Positions 20,148 through 29,343 of a DNA stretch of 64,000 nt are shown piece after piece (position 1 is the first letter of the stretch; each line of letters starts with the position of its first letter). Under the pieces are notes generated by a model that ran no database searches, was not told the DNA's origin, and saw nothing but the letters and a program-made list of their open reading frames with translations. The translations under genes were made by a program, and so were the position numbers. Source of the stretch: an uncultured Verrucomicrobiota bacterium (GTDB taxonomy: Bacteria; Verrucomicrobiota; Kiritimatiellia; CAIQIC01; Lenti-01); the NCBI GenBank assembly GCA_964647595.1, contig CAZYGH010000015.1:1-64000 (forward strand), given 5' to 3'.

Positions 20148-20588
20148 CTATGCCCTGTGATCCGTCGTCGTGATCGTCAACTTCCCGTGCTTCACCCCGC
20201 GCACCGCCGCCAATCGATCCGCCAACTCTCGCACCTTGTCCGCCCCCCCCCGCACCACCAGCACCTCCAAGCAGTCGTGATGGCTCAAATGCACGTGCAT
20301 CACCGAAACAATTAACCCCTCGTGATCGTGCTGAATGTCCGTCAACTTCGCCTGCAAATTCCGCGCATGGTGGTCATATACCAGCGTGATCGTCCCCGCA
20401 ATTTCCTGCTTCCCGCGCCGCGATCGGTGCTCCACCACGTCCTCCCTCACCAGCTCGGCCACCAGCGCCGATCGACTCGCCGCCCCCTTTTCTGCCACCA
20501 ACTTGTCCAGCTCCGCCGCCAAGGTGTTCGGAAGCGACAGGCTCAACCGCGTAGCCCCCACTTCCATATCGTTATTACTTTTTTTCAT
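20148..20588 (-). CDS. nikR: NikR-family nickel-responsive transcriptional regulator (ribbon-helix-helix plus C-terminal metal-binding domain)
   Basis: RHH N-terminus (TRLSLSLPNTLAAELDKL) and NikR C-domain ligands (HHARN…HDHEG…MHVHLSHHDCLEV). The ORF extends to 20624; the start could be MEVGAT or MKKSNND. Confidence 0.7.
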   Translation of the reverse strand: MKKSNNDMEVGATRLSLSLPNTLAAELDKLVAEKGAASRSALVAELVREDVVEHRSRRGKQEIAGTITLVYDHHARNLQAKLTDIQHDHEGLIVSVMHVHLSHHDCLEVLVVRGGADKVRELADRLAAVRGVKHGKLTITTTDHRA

Positions 20589-20686
20589 TTTTGTATTACT
20601 TTCAAATACCGCTCCTCTCCGCAAGGTTTATTCATTGGATTTGCGATTCTGCCCGTTCCGTGTATTCTTCTCCCCGTGTGAACTAG

Positions 20687-21997
<1,311 letters not shown>

Positions 21998-22024
21998 TCC
22001 ATCGGCCCCCTTGGCCCGACAACT

Positions 22025-22059
22025 CCCCTGCGCCCCGCAAGGACGCAGGGGATTTTTTT
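22025..22059 (+). terminator. Rho-independent terminator after eno
   Basis: CCCCTGCG-ccccgcaagga-CGCAGGGG followed by ATTTTTTT. Confidence 0.7.
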
Positions 22060-22063
22060 GAAC

Positions 22064-23806
22064 TCACGCCGCCGGGAAACGACAACTCACCCGCACGCCC
22101 CCGCTCTTCCCCGGCTCCACGGTCAGCTCGCCGCCAAACACCTCCGCGCGGTGGCGCATAATGCGCAATCCATTTCCCCCTTCTCGGTCCGGCTTTTTGT
22201 TCGCCGCAAATCCACACCCATTGTCTTCAATGGTGAGAAGCCCCCCCTGCTCATCAAAATCCAATGTCAACACGATGCGCTCCCCCCCCCCGTGCTTCGC
22301 CGCATTATTCACCGCCTCCTGCGCGATGAGGTAGACATGCTCCGCCGTCCCCACATCTCGCGGCCGCCCCTCCCGCTCGGCATAGAACTCAATATCTTTC
22401 TGGAAGAGTGCGCTCGATTCCTCCGCCAACCGCCGCAACGCATCCGGCAATCCATCCTCTGTCAACGCCACCGGGGCCAGTCCCCGCGCAATGCGCCGCA
22501 CCTGGCTCACCGCCTCCTTCAAGGTCGACGCAATTTGCGCCGCATCCGTCTCGGCCGCCCCATCCGCACCGCTCATTCGCTGACGATATGCCCCGAACAA
22601 ATACATCGCCCCCGTCAACTTTTGCCCCAGCGAATCATGCAAGTCGCGCCCGATCCTCGCCTTCTCGTGGCCGCTGATTCGCAACACCTCATCCTCCAGC
22701 TCCCGACGCTCTTCCATCACCTCTTTCAACTTCCGATTCGTCGCCGCCAATTCCGCCGTGCGCATCTTCACCAGCGCCTCCACCCGACGCGACCGCCCCG
22801 CCATCATCAAAAGCAATCCAGCCAGCCCCAGCGAAACCGCCAGCCCGACCACCAAAATCACCGTCGGCGTTCTCGATTTGGCCGCCGCCCAATATGCAGG
22901 ATCCGCCTCCGCCACAAATCGCCACTCTTGATTCGCTAAACTAAATTGCCGCTCAAATTTCCACGCCCCCGTCACCCGCTCCTGCTTCTTGTCCACTTCC
23001 AATCGCGCCACAATGCCGTTCACTCCATCCCCCATCGCCGTCGACAACATTCGCTTCGGCTGAAACAAACCCACCGCAAACCCGATCAATTCGCCCGTTC
23101 CACTCCCCGCCATTCGACTCCCGTCCGGGCCATACACAATCGGCGCAAACATGTAGAGTTCACCCCCACTATCCTTCCCCATCACCGCCCCGGCTGGCAC
23201 ACCACCCAGCGCAAATACCCCTTGCTGAATCATGGACGCAATGGCCGCCCGATCTTCCGCACGCGCACCAAAATCATAGCCTGCCGGAATACCCAACCCT
23301 CCCGGCGGAGTCTGATACGTCAGCGGAAAATATTCTCCTCGAAGCGGCATCGACTCAAACCCACCCTTGCCATCCGCCCTCACCAACAGATTCCCCGCCC
23401 CCCCCTGCTTCTCATAGGTCGCACGCATGTCGTGCGGAATACTCTGCGCAAATCCATAAGCACCCAAAATTCGACGCTGATAAATCATTCCCTTGCGCAC
23501 AATCTCGTCAAAGGCCTCCGCCGAGACTTGATCCGATAGACTATGCAGTTGCCGAATCGAATCCAGCACCTCCATAAACAACTGAATCTCTCGCAAGGTG
23601 CGGGAAAAATACTTGTCCGACGACTGCTGAAATTCCTCTTGGACTCGAAGCCGCTCTTGCCGCTCCTGCGAACGCGCCACCCAGAACGTGGACCCCAGCC
23701 CCACTCCCATCACCAACAAGGCCACGACCACTTGCCAGCTCGCCGTTCGAATCCCCGCAGTCTTCTCGACCCCGCCCGTTGTTTTCGATGAGTCATTTCG
23801 CTTCAT
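22064..23806 (-). CDS. Sensor histidine kinase, CHASE-like extracytoplasmic sensor plus HisKA_3 (NarX/LiaS-type) plus HATPase_c
   Basis: H-box RDLHDSLGQKLT, two TM segments bracketing a periplasmic domain, and a C-terminal ATPase (G-boxes DNGCGF…GNGLRIM). The start is taken at MKRNDSS; the ORF extends to 23899. Confidence 0.8.
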   Translation of the reverse strand: MKRNDSSKTTGGVEKTAGIRTASWQVVVALLVMGVGLGSTFWVARSQERQERLRVQEEFQQSSDKYFSRTLREIQLFMEVLDSIRQLHSLSDQVSAEAFDEIVRKGMIYQRRILGAYGFAQSIPHDMRATYEKQGGAGNLLVRADGKGGFESMPLRGEYFPLTYQTPPGGLGIPAGYDFGARAEDRAAIASMIQQGVFALGGVPAGAVMGKDSGGELYMFAPIVYGPDGSRMAGSGTGELIGFAVGLFQPKRMLSTAMGDGVNGIVARLEVDKKQERVTGAWKFERQFSLANQEWRFVAEADPAYWAAAKSRTPTVILVVGLAVSLGLAGLLLMMAGRSRRVEALVKMRTAELAATNRKLKEVMEERRELEDEVLRISGHEKARIGRDLHDSLGQKLTGAMYLFGAYRQRMSGADGAAETDAAQIASTLKEAVSQVRRIARGLAPVALTEDGLPDALRRLAEESSALFQKDIEFYAEREGRPRDVGTAEHVYLIAQEAVNNAAKHGGGERIVLTLDFDEQGGLLTIEDNGCGFAANKKPDREGGNGLRIMRHRAEVFGGELTVEPGKSGGVRVSCRFPAA

Positions 23807-23919
23807 ATCCCCAAAACCTACACCGTCTCTTCTGAAATGCGCGACACGAAAATAGACCGCCCGAAAACAAGATTGAAACCATCCGAGTTCCCATGCCACA
23901 GTAGTTTCGTGTTCCAGCC

Positions 23920-24279
23920 ATGAATGTATTCTTTTCTAAACACAATTCCGGCTTCACCCTCATCGAAGTACTCGTCTCTCTGGCCCTTTGCGTTTTGTTG
24001 GCCACATCCACCGCATCCGCCATTGCCTTTGCCGCCCGTGCCGAACAACTCGCCGCTCGCCATGGAGAGGCCTCCCTCCTTCTTCCATCCCTCTACGCCG
24101 CACACCGCCTACGCCCCGATTCTCTTCCCGTTGTTCCTCCGGGTTGGCGCGTCGAGTCCACAACCGAAATCGTGAAGCGATCGGATGAAATACGGATGGA
24201 ACGAGTTCTCCTTTCCGTCCACTCCCCTGGCCATGATACCGCCGACTTCACCCTGCGCATTCTGGACGACACCCCATGA
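23920..24279 (+). CDS. Prepilin-type N-terminal cleavage/methylation domain protein (pseudopilin)
   Basis: Class III signal motif GFTLIEVLVSLAL near the N-terminus; 119 aa. Confidence 0.7.
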   Translation: MNVFFSKHNSGFTLIEVLVSLALCVLLATSTASAIAFAARAEQLAARHGEASLLLPSLYAAHRLRPDSLPVVPPGWRVESTTEIVKRSDEIRMERVLLSVHSPGHDTADFTLRILDDTP

Positions 24280-25577
24280 GCTCCAAGCCTAAAACAACCC
24301 CCACCCTCGTTATTCTCGCCGCCGCCCTCGGCTGGAATCTGATCGAGAAGCATAAACCCAAAACCAAAATAACCTTTCGCCCCATCTCGCCTGGCCCCCT
24401 TTCCCTGACCTGTCCCGCACAAGCCACCTTGCGCACCGCCCTCCCCCCCTCCCGACATGGCATCGTCGCCTCTGGCTGGTTCCATCGCGATCTCGCTCGG
24501 CCCCATTTCTGGGAACAATCCGCCGCATTGGTTCGCGGTCCCCGCATCTGGGAAAACGCTCGTTCCAACGGCCAAACCGTCGGAATGTGCTTTTGGCAGC
24601 AAAGCCTCGGTGAATCTGTCGATCTCGTCATCTCCCCAAAACCCATTCACAAGCACCACGGTGGAATCGTGATGGATTGCTATACTCGCCCCGAACCTCT
24701 CTATACCCAACTGTGTGCCGATATTGGCCGCCGCTTCGACCTCTACCATTACTGGGGCCCAATCGCCCGCACCAAAGTCGGCCGCTGGATTTCCGAAGCC
24801 ACCCTTCGCATTCTGGCCCGCCCCGATGCCCCCGACCATCTCTTGGTGTATCTCCCCTCCCTCGACTACGATCTTCAGCGCCACGGCCCCGATTCCCCCC
24901 AAGCCGCCGCCGCCCTCACCGAAACCCTCTCCCAAATCGAGCCCCTCATCGCCGCCGCCGAAGCACAAGGCCGTCCGTGGCTCCTCACCGGCGACTACGC
25001 CATCGAGTCCGTCATCCCCGGCGACGGCGCGGTCTTCCCAAACCGCCTCCTTCGCGCCGCCGGACTCTTCCACACCCGCGAAACCGCCCACATGCTTTAC
25101 CCCGACTTCTTCACCTCTCGCGCCTTCGCCATTGTCGACCATCAAATTGCACACGTGCACGTACCAAACCCCGCCGATCTCCCACGCACGCGCGAACTCC
25201 TCGCCTCCGAACCCGGCATCGATCAAATCCTAGACCGCGCCGCACAAACCGAACTCGATCTGTTTGTTCCCGAACGATCCGGCGACCTCCTTCTCATCGC
25301 CGCCCCCGGCCGCTGGTTTGCCTATCCCTGGTGGACCGATCCGCGACAAGCCCCCGACTACGCCAACCAGATGGACATCCACAACAAGCCCGGCTTCGAC
25401 CCCTGTGAACTCTTCTTCGGCTTCCCCCCTCCCCACACCTCGCAAAAGACGCACAAAATCCGCGGCACCCACGGCCGCTCCGGCCCCGGTCACGAAATCG
25501 CCGCCGCCGGCCTTTTTCCCGAAGCCAAAAGTTTGGATGGACTCGCCTCCGCCCTCCGCGAATCCATAACCTCCTAA
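24276..25577 (+). CDS. Alkaline phosphatase superfamily protein (nucleotide pyrophosphatase/phosphodiesterase-like)
   Basis: 433 aa. The call rests on general similarity to the Verrucomicrobia/Planctomycetes AP-family proteins; it overlaps the upstream pseudopilin by 4 bp. Confidence 0.5.
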   Translation: MSSKPKTTPTLVILAAALGWNLIEKHKPKTKITFRPISPGPLSLTCPAQATLRTALPPSRHGIVASGWFHRDLARPHFWEQSAALVRGPRIWENARSNGQTVGMCFWQQSLGESVDLVISPKPIHKHHGGIVMDCYTRPEPLYTQLCADIGRRFDLYHYWGPIARTKVGRWISEATLRILARPDAPDHLLVYLPSLDYDLQRHGPDSPQAAAALTETLSQIEPLIAAAEAQGRPWLLTGDYAIESVIPGDGAVFPNRLLRAAGLFHTRETAHMLYPDFFTSRAFAIVDHQIAHVHVPNPADLPRTRELLASEPGIDQILDRAAQTELDLFVPERSGDLLLIAAPGRWFAYPWWTDPRQAPDYANQMDIHNKPGFDPCELFFGFPPPHTSQKTHKIRGTHGRSGPGHEIAAAGLFPEAKSLDGLASALRESITS

Positions 25578-25680
25578 GCCTTATTCGATAAGGCATCTTG
25601 GAAAACTCTACAGACTACGCCCGGCGTGGAACCCGGTCCTCCAGAAAACTGTCTAAACCGAAGTTCCAGCCCAATTTTTC

Positions 25681-25889
25681 GATAAATTGGGTTCCCGCCA
25701 GCCAGTAGCCAGTGCAACACTGGCTACAGCCTGGCGGGGGATATTACAATAACTGAACTGGGGTATCCAGTTGGCTCATGTGCCACAATATGTAGAGGTG
25801 CTAGGAAGAGATTCTGTCCATAAACACACCACATGTGGCACGTACATGAGTTAAGTAGATACCCCAGTAACTGAATTCAATTATTGTAA
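25681..25889. other. Highly structured intergenic segment (large hairpins, possible ncRNA or MITE remnant)
   Basis: A 21-bp stem CCCGCCAGCCAGTAGCCAGTG/CACTGGCTACAGCCTGGCGGG sits at 25681-25740. An imperfect inverted repeat ATTACAATAACTGAACTGGGGTATC (25744-25768) / GATACCCCAGT…ATTATTGTAAT (25857-25889) encloses an inner CATGTGCCACA/TGTGGCACGTACATG palindrome. Confidence 0.5.
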
Positions 25890-26064
25890 TTTGTGAAATC
25901 TCCCAATCCATTTTTCCTTTGCGCCTCTTGCAAAACTCCCGGCCGCACCCCTTGCGGCAACGATTCCCGTCACCCGTTTTACAATTCTGAATCTCGCCTT
26001 TCTGGAAACAAGAAGTGGCCCTCCCCGTCTCGACGAACGCCCCGACCTGTGGAATACTACCGCC

Positions 26065-27273
26065 ATGAAACCGTCCACAAGTGGCCACCCGCGCATCCGG
26101 CCCGCCGCCAAGCGCTTGTCGCCCAAACAATCCCTGCTGGAACAATGGAAGGAAAGCCAGGAACGCCTCCGCATCGCCCTAGGTTGCGCCAATATCGGCG
26201 TGTTCGATTGGAACGTGGCCACCAACCGGGTCGTCTTCATTCACCCCCGCACCGCCATGTCGGATAACGCCCTCGCGGCCCAGGAAGTCGACGCCGCCCA
26301 CTGGTTGGCCACCACCCATCCCGACGACATCGCCCGCGCCCGCGGCGAAGTCGACCGCGCCGTCATCGGCGAAACCGATGGTTTCGCCATGCGCTACAGA
26401 ATGTTGGCGGACCCGTCCCAAAGCAATGAATGGACGGTCGTGCAAAGCCGCGGCCAAGTGCGGCAGCGGGATGCCCGTGGCCGCGCGGTCCGCATCCTGG
26501 GGGTCTTTGAAGTCGTCACCCATCTCGCCGCCCGCGAGGAACTCGATCGCCAGCGCGATGCTCAACTCACCCGCGCCACCCAGATCGCGGCCCTGGGCGA
26601 ACTGGCGTCCAGCCTCGCCCACGAAATCAACCAGCCCCTCGCCACCCTCGCGGCTTACCTCCAGGCCAGCGCCCGCGTGCTGAAAAAGGCGGACTCCGGA
26701 AACACCGAACTGCTCGCGACGCTGCGGAAATGCGAACGCCAGTCCCAGCGCGTCGCGGAAATCGTCCGCCGCCTCCGGGGCTTGTACAGCGAAAAACGGG
26801 TCGCCAGCGAACCCTGCGACCTCGTGGCCTGCGCCCACGAAGTCTTCCACCTCCTCCGCCGCGAAATCGAAGAGAACCACGTCCGCGTTTCCCTTGCCTG
26901 CACCCACAAGAAGCTGGTGGTTTCCGCCGACCGCCTTCAGATCGAACAGGTCCTCTACAACGTCGTCCGCAATGCCGTGGACGCCCTGCGCCATTACGGC
27001 TCGGGTCGCGGTTCCGTCTCGCTTTCCATCCGGCGCACCGCCAACCGCGTGCGCATCCGAATCTCCGACAACGGCCCCGGCATTCCGGCCAACATCCGCC
27101 ACCGGATGTTCGAACCGTTCTTCACCACCAAGCCCAACGGAACCGGACTGGGCCTGAGCATCAGCCGATCCATCGTCGAAGCCCATCGCGGCCGGCTCGA
27201 CCTCGACCCCAAAACAAGGCGCGGATCCGCGTTCGTCATCGAATTGCCCACCGATCGCTCGCCCAAAAAATGA
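26065..27273 (+). CDS. PAS-domain sensor histidine kinase (HisKA plus HATPase_c)
   Basis: H-box SLAHEINQPLATL; N, G1 and G2 boxes (…RNAVDAL…DNGPGIP…GTGLGLSISR). Confidence 0.85.
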   Translation: MKPSTSGHPRIRPAAKRLSPKQSLLEQWKESQERLRIALGCANIGVFDWNVATNRVVFIHPRTAMSDNALAAQEVDAAHWLATTHPDDIARARGEVDRAVIGETDGFAMRYRMLADPSQSNEWTVVQSRGQVRQRDARGRAVRILGVFEVVTHLAAREELDRQRDAQLTRATQIAALGELASSLAHEINQPLATLAAYLQASARVLKKADSGNTELLATLRKCERQSQRVAEIVRRLRGLYSEKRVASEPCDLVACAHEVFHLLRREIEENHVRVSLACTHKKLVVSADRLQIEQVLYNVVRNAVDALRHYGSGRGSVSLSIRRTANRVRIRISDNGPGIPANIRHRMFEPFFTTKPNGTGLGLSISRSIVEAHRGRLDLDPKTRRGSAFVIELPTDRSPKK

Positions 27274-27902
27274 AAACCGCGGAACAGCCGACCGTATTCG
27301 TCGTGGACGACGAACCTGAATTCGTCGCAGCTCTGGACATGCTGCTGCAAACGGCCAATCTGGCCGTTTGCGCCTTCACGTCTCCGCGCGCTTTCCTGCG
27401 GGCCATCCATCCCGACGATCCCGGTTGCGTCCTGCTCGATGTCCGCATGCCGTCCATGAGCGGCCTCGAAGTTCAGGAGGAACTGATCCTGCGCGGTTGC
27501 CGGCAACCGGTCTTGTTTCTCACCGGCCATGGCGACATCCCCATGGCCGTGCGGGCCACCCGCGCCGGCGCCCTCGATTTCATCGAAAAACCGGCGCGGG
27601 ATACCCTCCTTCTCCAGCGGATTCGCGCCGCCCTGAAACTCGATCGCACCCGCCGCAAAAAGCTGGCCGCCGCCGCCGAGGGCCACCGCCGGACAAAAGA
27701 ACTATCGCCCCGCGAACTTCAAATCGGCCAACTGCTTGCGCAGGGCCTGTCCAGCGCGGAGATGGCCCGGAAATTGAAGCGCAGTGTTCGCACGGTGGAA
27801 ATGCACCGGTTGCGCTTGCTGCGTCGCCTGGGCGTCCGCAATACGGCCGAAGCCGTGCGCGAAATCATCGCAGCCGGCTTGGTCCCTCCGGAAATCGGGT
27901 AA
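27270..27902 (+). CDS. Response regulator, REC plus LuxR/FixJ-type HTH
   Basis: The receiver has the conserved acidic DD near its N-terminus (VFVVDDEPEF), the phospho-acceptor Asp (VLLDVRMP) and the conserved Lys (DFIEKP). A C-terminal LuxR HTH follows (LSPRELQIGQLLAQGLSSAEMARKL). ATGA overlap with the kinase. Confidence 0.85.
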   Translation: MKTAEQPTVFVVDDEPEFVAALDMLLQTANLAVCAFTSPRAFLRAIHPDDPGCVLLDVRMPSMSGLEVQEELILRGCRQPVLFLTGHGDIPMAVRATRAGALDFIEKPARDTLLLQRIRAALKLDRTRRKKLAAAAEGHRRTKELSPRELQIGQLLAQGLSSAEMARKLKRSVRTVEMHRLRLLRRLGVRNTAEAVREIIAAGLVPPEIG

Positions 27903-27939
27903 ACGCCCAAAACCGGCGAGATCCTCCGGTCGCCCCCCC

Positions 27940-29343
27940 TCATTCAGACTTCAGCAGCGTTTCGTTCGTCCACCCGCCCCCCAGTGCCTTGTAGAGCGAA
28001 AGAAGATCGTTGAGTCGGCGAACGTGCACGTCGAGCGCCGCCTGCTCGGATTGCATCAGGCTCCGCTCGTTTTCCAGCACCTCGAGCTGCGACAGCAACC
28101 CTTCCTCGAATTTGGCGCGGGTGATCTCGTTGGCCTTTTGCAAGTCCTCCACCGACTCGTCCGCCTTCCGTTGCTGAGCCGTCCGGCTGTCCAAGCTGAT
28201 AAGCGTGTTTTCCACTTCCTGGAATGCCTTCACGACCGTGCTCCGATATTGGTCCGAGGCAATCGCCAGCTCCGCCTCCCGCACCTGGACCTGCGCCTTC
28301 TTGCCCGAATCGAAGATCGGAATGCTGACCACCGGCCCTCCCTTCAGCGCCCATTGGGTCAACAGATCTCCGAACGATCCACTCACCCCGCCGGCGCGCC
28401 CGGTAAGCGAAATTGACGGCAACCGGTCCAGCCGCGCCTGTCCCGCAAGATTGTACGCCGCCAGCACGCGGTATTCCGCCGCCAAGATGTCCGGCCGCCG
28501 CTCCAGCAGATCGGAGGGCAGGCCCGCGGGAACTGGAACCGTTCGGATCGACCCGCGCAAGGAAGCCGGGGCGATGGATAGCGTCCCAGGCGCCTGTCCC
28601 AGCAGGGTGGCCAAACTGTTTTCCACCGTGGCCCGGTCGCGCTCGATCTCCTGCCGTTCCCGCTCCAATCGCCGCCACTCGGCGCGTTGGCGTAAGACCA
28701 CGTCTCGCGACACCATGTTTTCTTCCGCGCGGGCCCGGTAGATGCCCTCGATCCGTTCCGAGCTGGCGATGTACCGCCCATAGATCCCGGCCAGTTCGTC
28801 GAGCTGGCGCAACCGGAAGTAGAGCCGGGCCGCTTCGCCGGCGATTTGCAGATGCGTCGCGCGCCAATCCGCCCCCGAGGCTTCGATCTCGGCTTCGGCG
28901 GCTCGCGTTCCCTTGGCCAGTTTGCCCCAGATGTCGATTTCCCAGTTGAGGCCCGCCCCGACCTGATAGCTCTCCGTACTCTGCTGAGGCCCCGGTCCGG
29001 GTTCCTGCAGTTCAAACGTCGCCCCCGCATCAACCCCCAGCGTGGGCCACCTCCGGCTGTTCGCCAAGCCCGCCTGCGCCCGCGCCCGCTCGATGCGCCC
29101 CGCGGCCACCTGCAAATCATAGTTGCCCGCCAGCGCCTGCTCGACCAGCCCGGCCAACTGCGCATCCCCGAACTCACGCCACCAATCCGGCCGCAAGGTG
29201 GCGACGTCTCCGGCAGACCGCCCCTCCGCGGCCTTCCACCCGGCAGGCTCCGGAACGTCCGGCCGCGAATAGTCCGGCCCGCCGAGCTTCGCGCAACCCG
29301 CCGCCACCACGCAGGCGGCCATCAACAGGATCGGGGTTTTCAT
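27940..29343 (-). CDS. RND efflux outer-membrane factor lipoprotein, NodT/OprM family
   Basis: Lipobox (VVAAGCAKL) and two tandem OEP repeats. Confidence 0.85.
   Translation of the reverse strand: MKTPILLMAACVVAAGCAKLGGPDYSRPDVPEPAGWKAAEGRSAGDVATLRPDWWREFGDAQLAGLVEQALAGNYDLQVAAGRIERARAQAGLANSRRWPTLGVDAGATFELQEPGPGPQQSTESYQVGAGLNWEIDIWGKLAKGTRAAEAEIEASGADWRATHLQIAGEAARLYFRLRQLDELAGIYGRYIASSERIEGIYRARAEENMVSRDVVLRQRAEWRRLERERQEIERDRATVENSLATLLGQAPGTLSIAPASLRGSIRTVPVPAGLPSDLLERRPDILAAEYRVLAAYNLAGQARLDRLPSISLTGRAGGVSGSFGDLLTQWALKGGPVVSIPIFDSGKKAQVQVREAELAIASDQYRSTVVKAFQEVENTLISLDSRTAQQRKADESVEDLQKANEITRAKFEEGLLSQLEVLENERSLMQSEQAALDVHVRRLNDLLSLYKALGGGWTNETLLKSE

Noticed and set aside
24093-25226. 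377-aa minus-strand ORF
   Set aside because: Antisense to the alkaline-phosphatase-family gene and the pseudopilin; no domain features.
25578-26064. Possible tRNA or tmRNA in the long spacer
   Set aside because: No T-loop GGTTCGAATCC-type motif or cloverleaf-compatible arm arrangement was seen. The hairpins are too long (21-bp stems).
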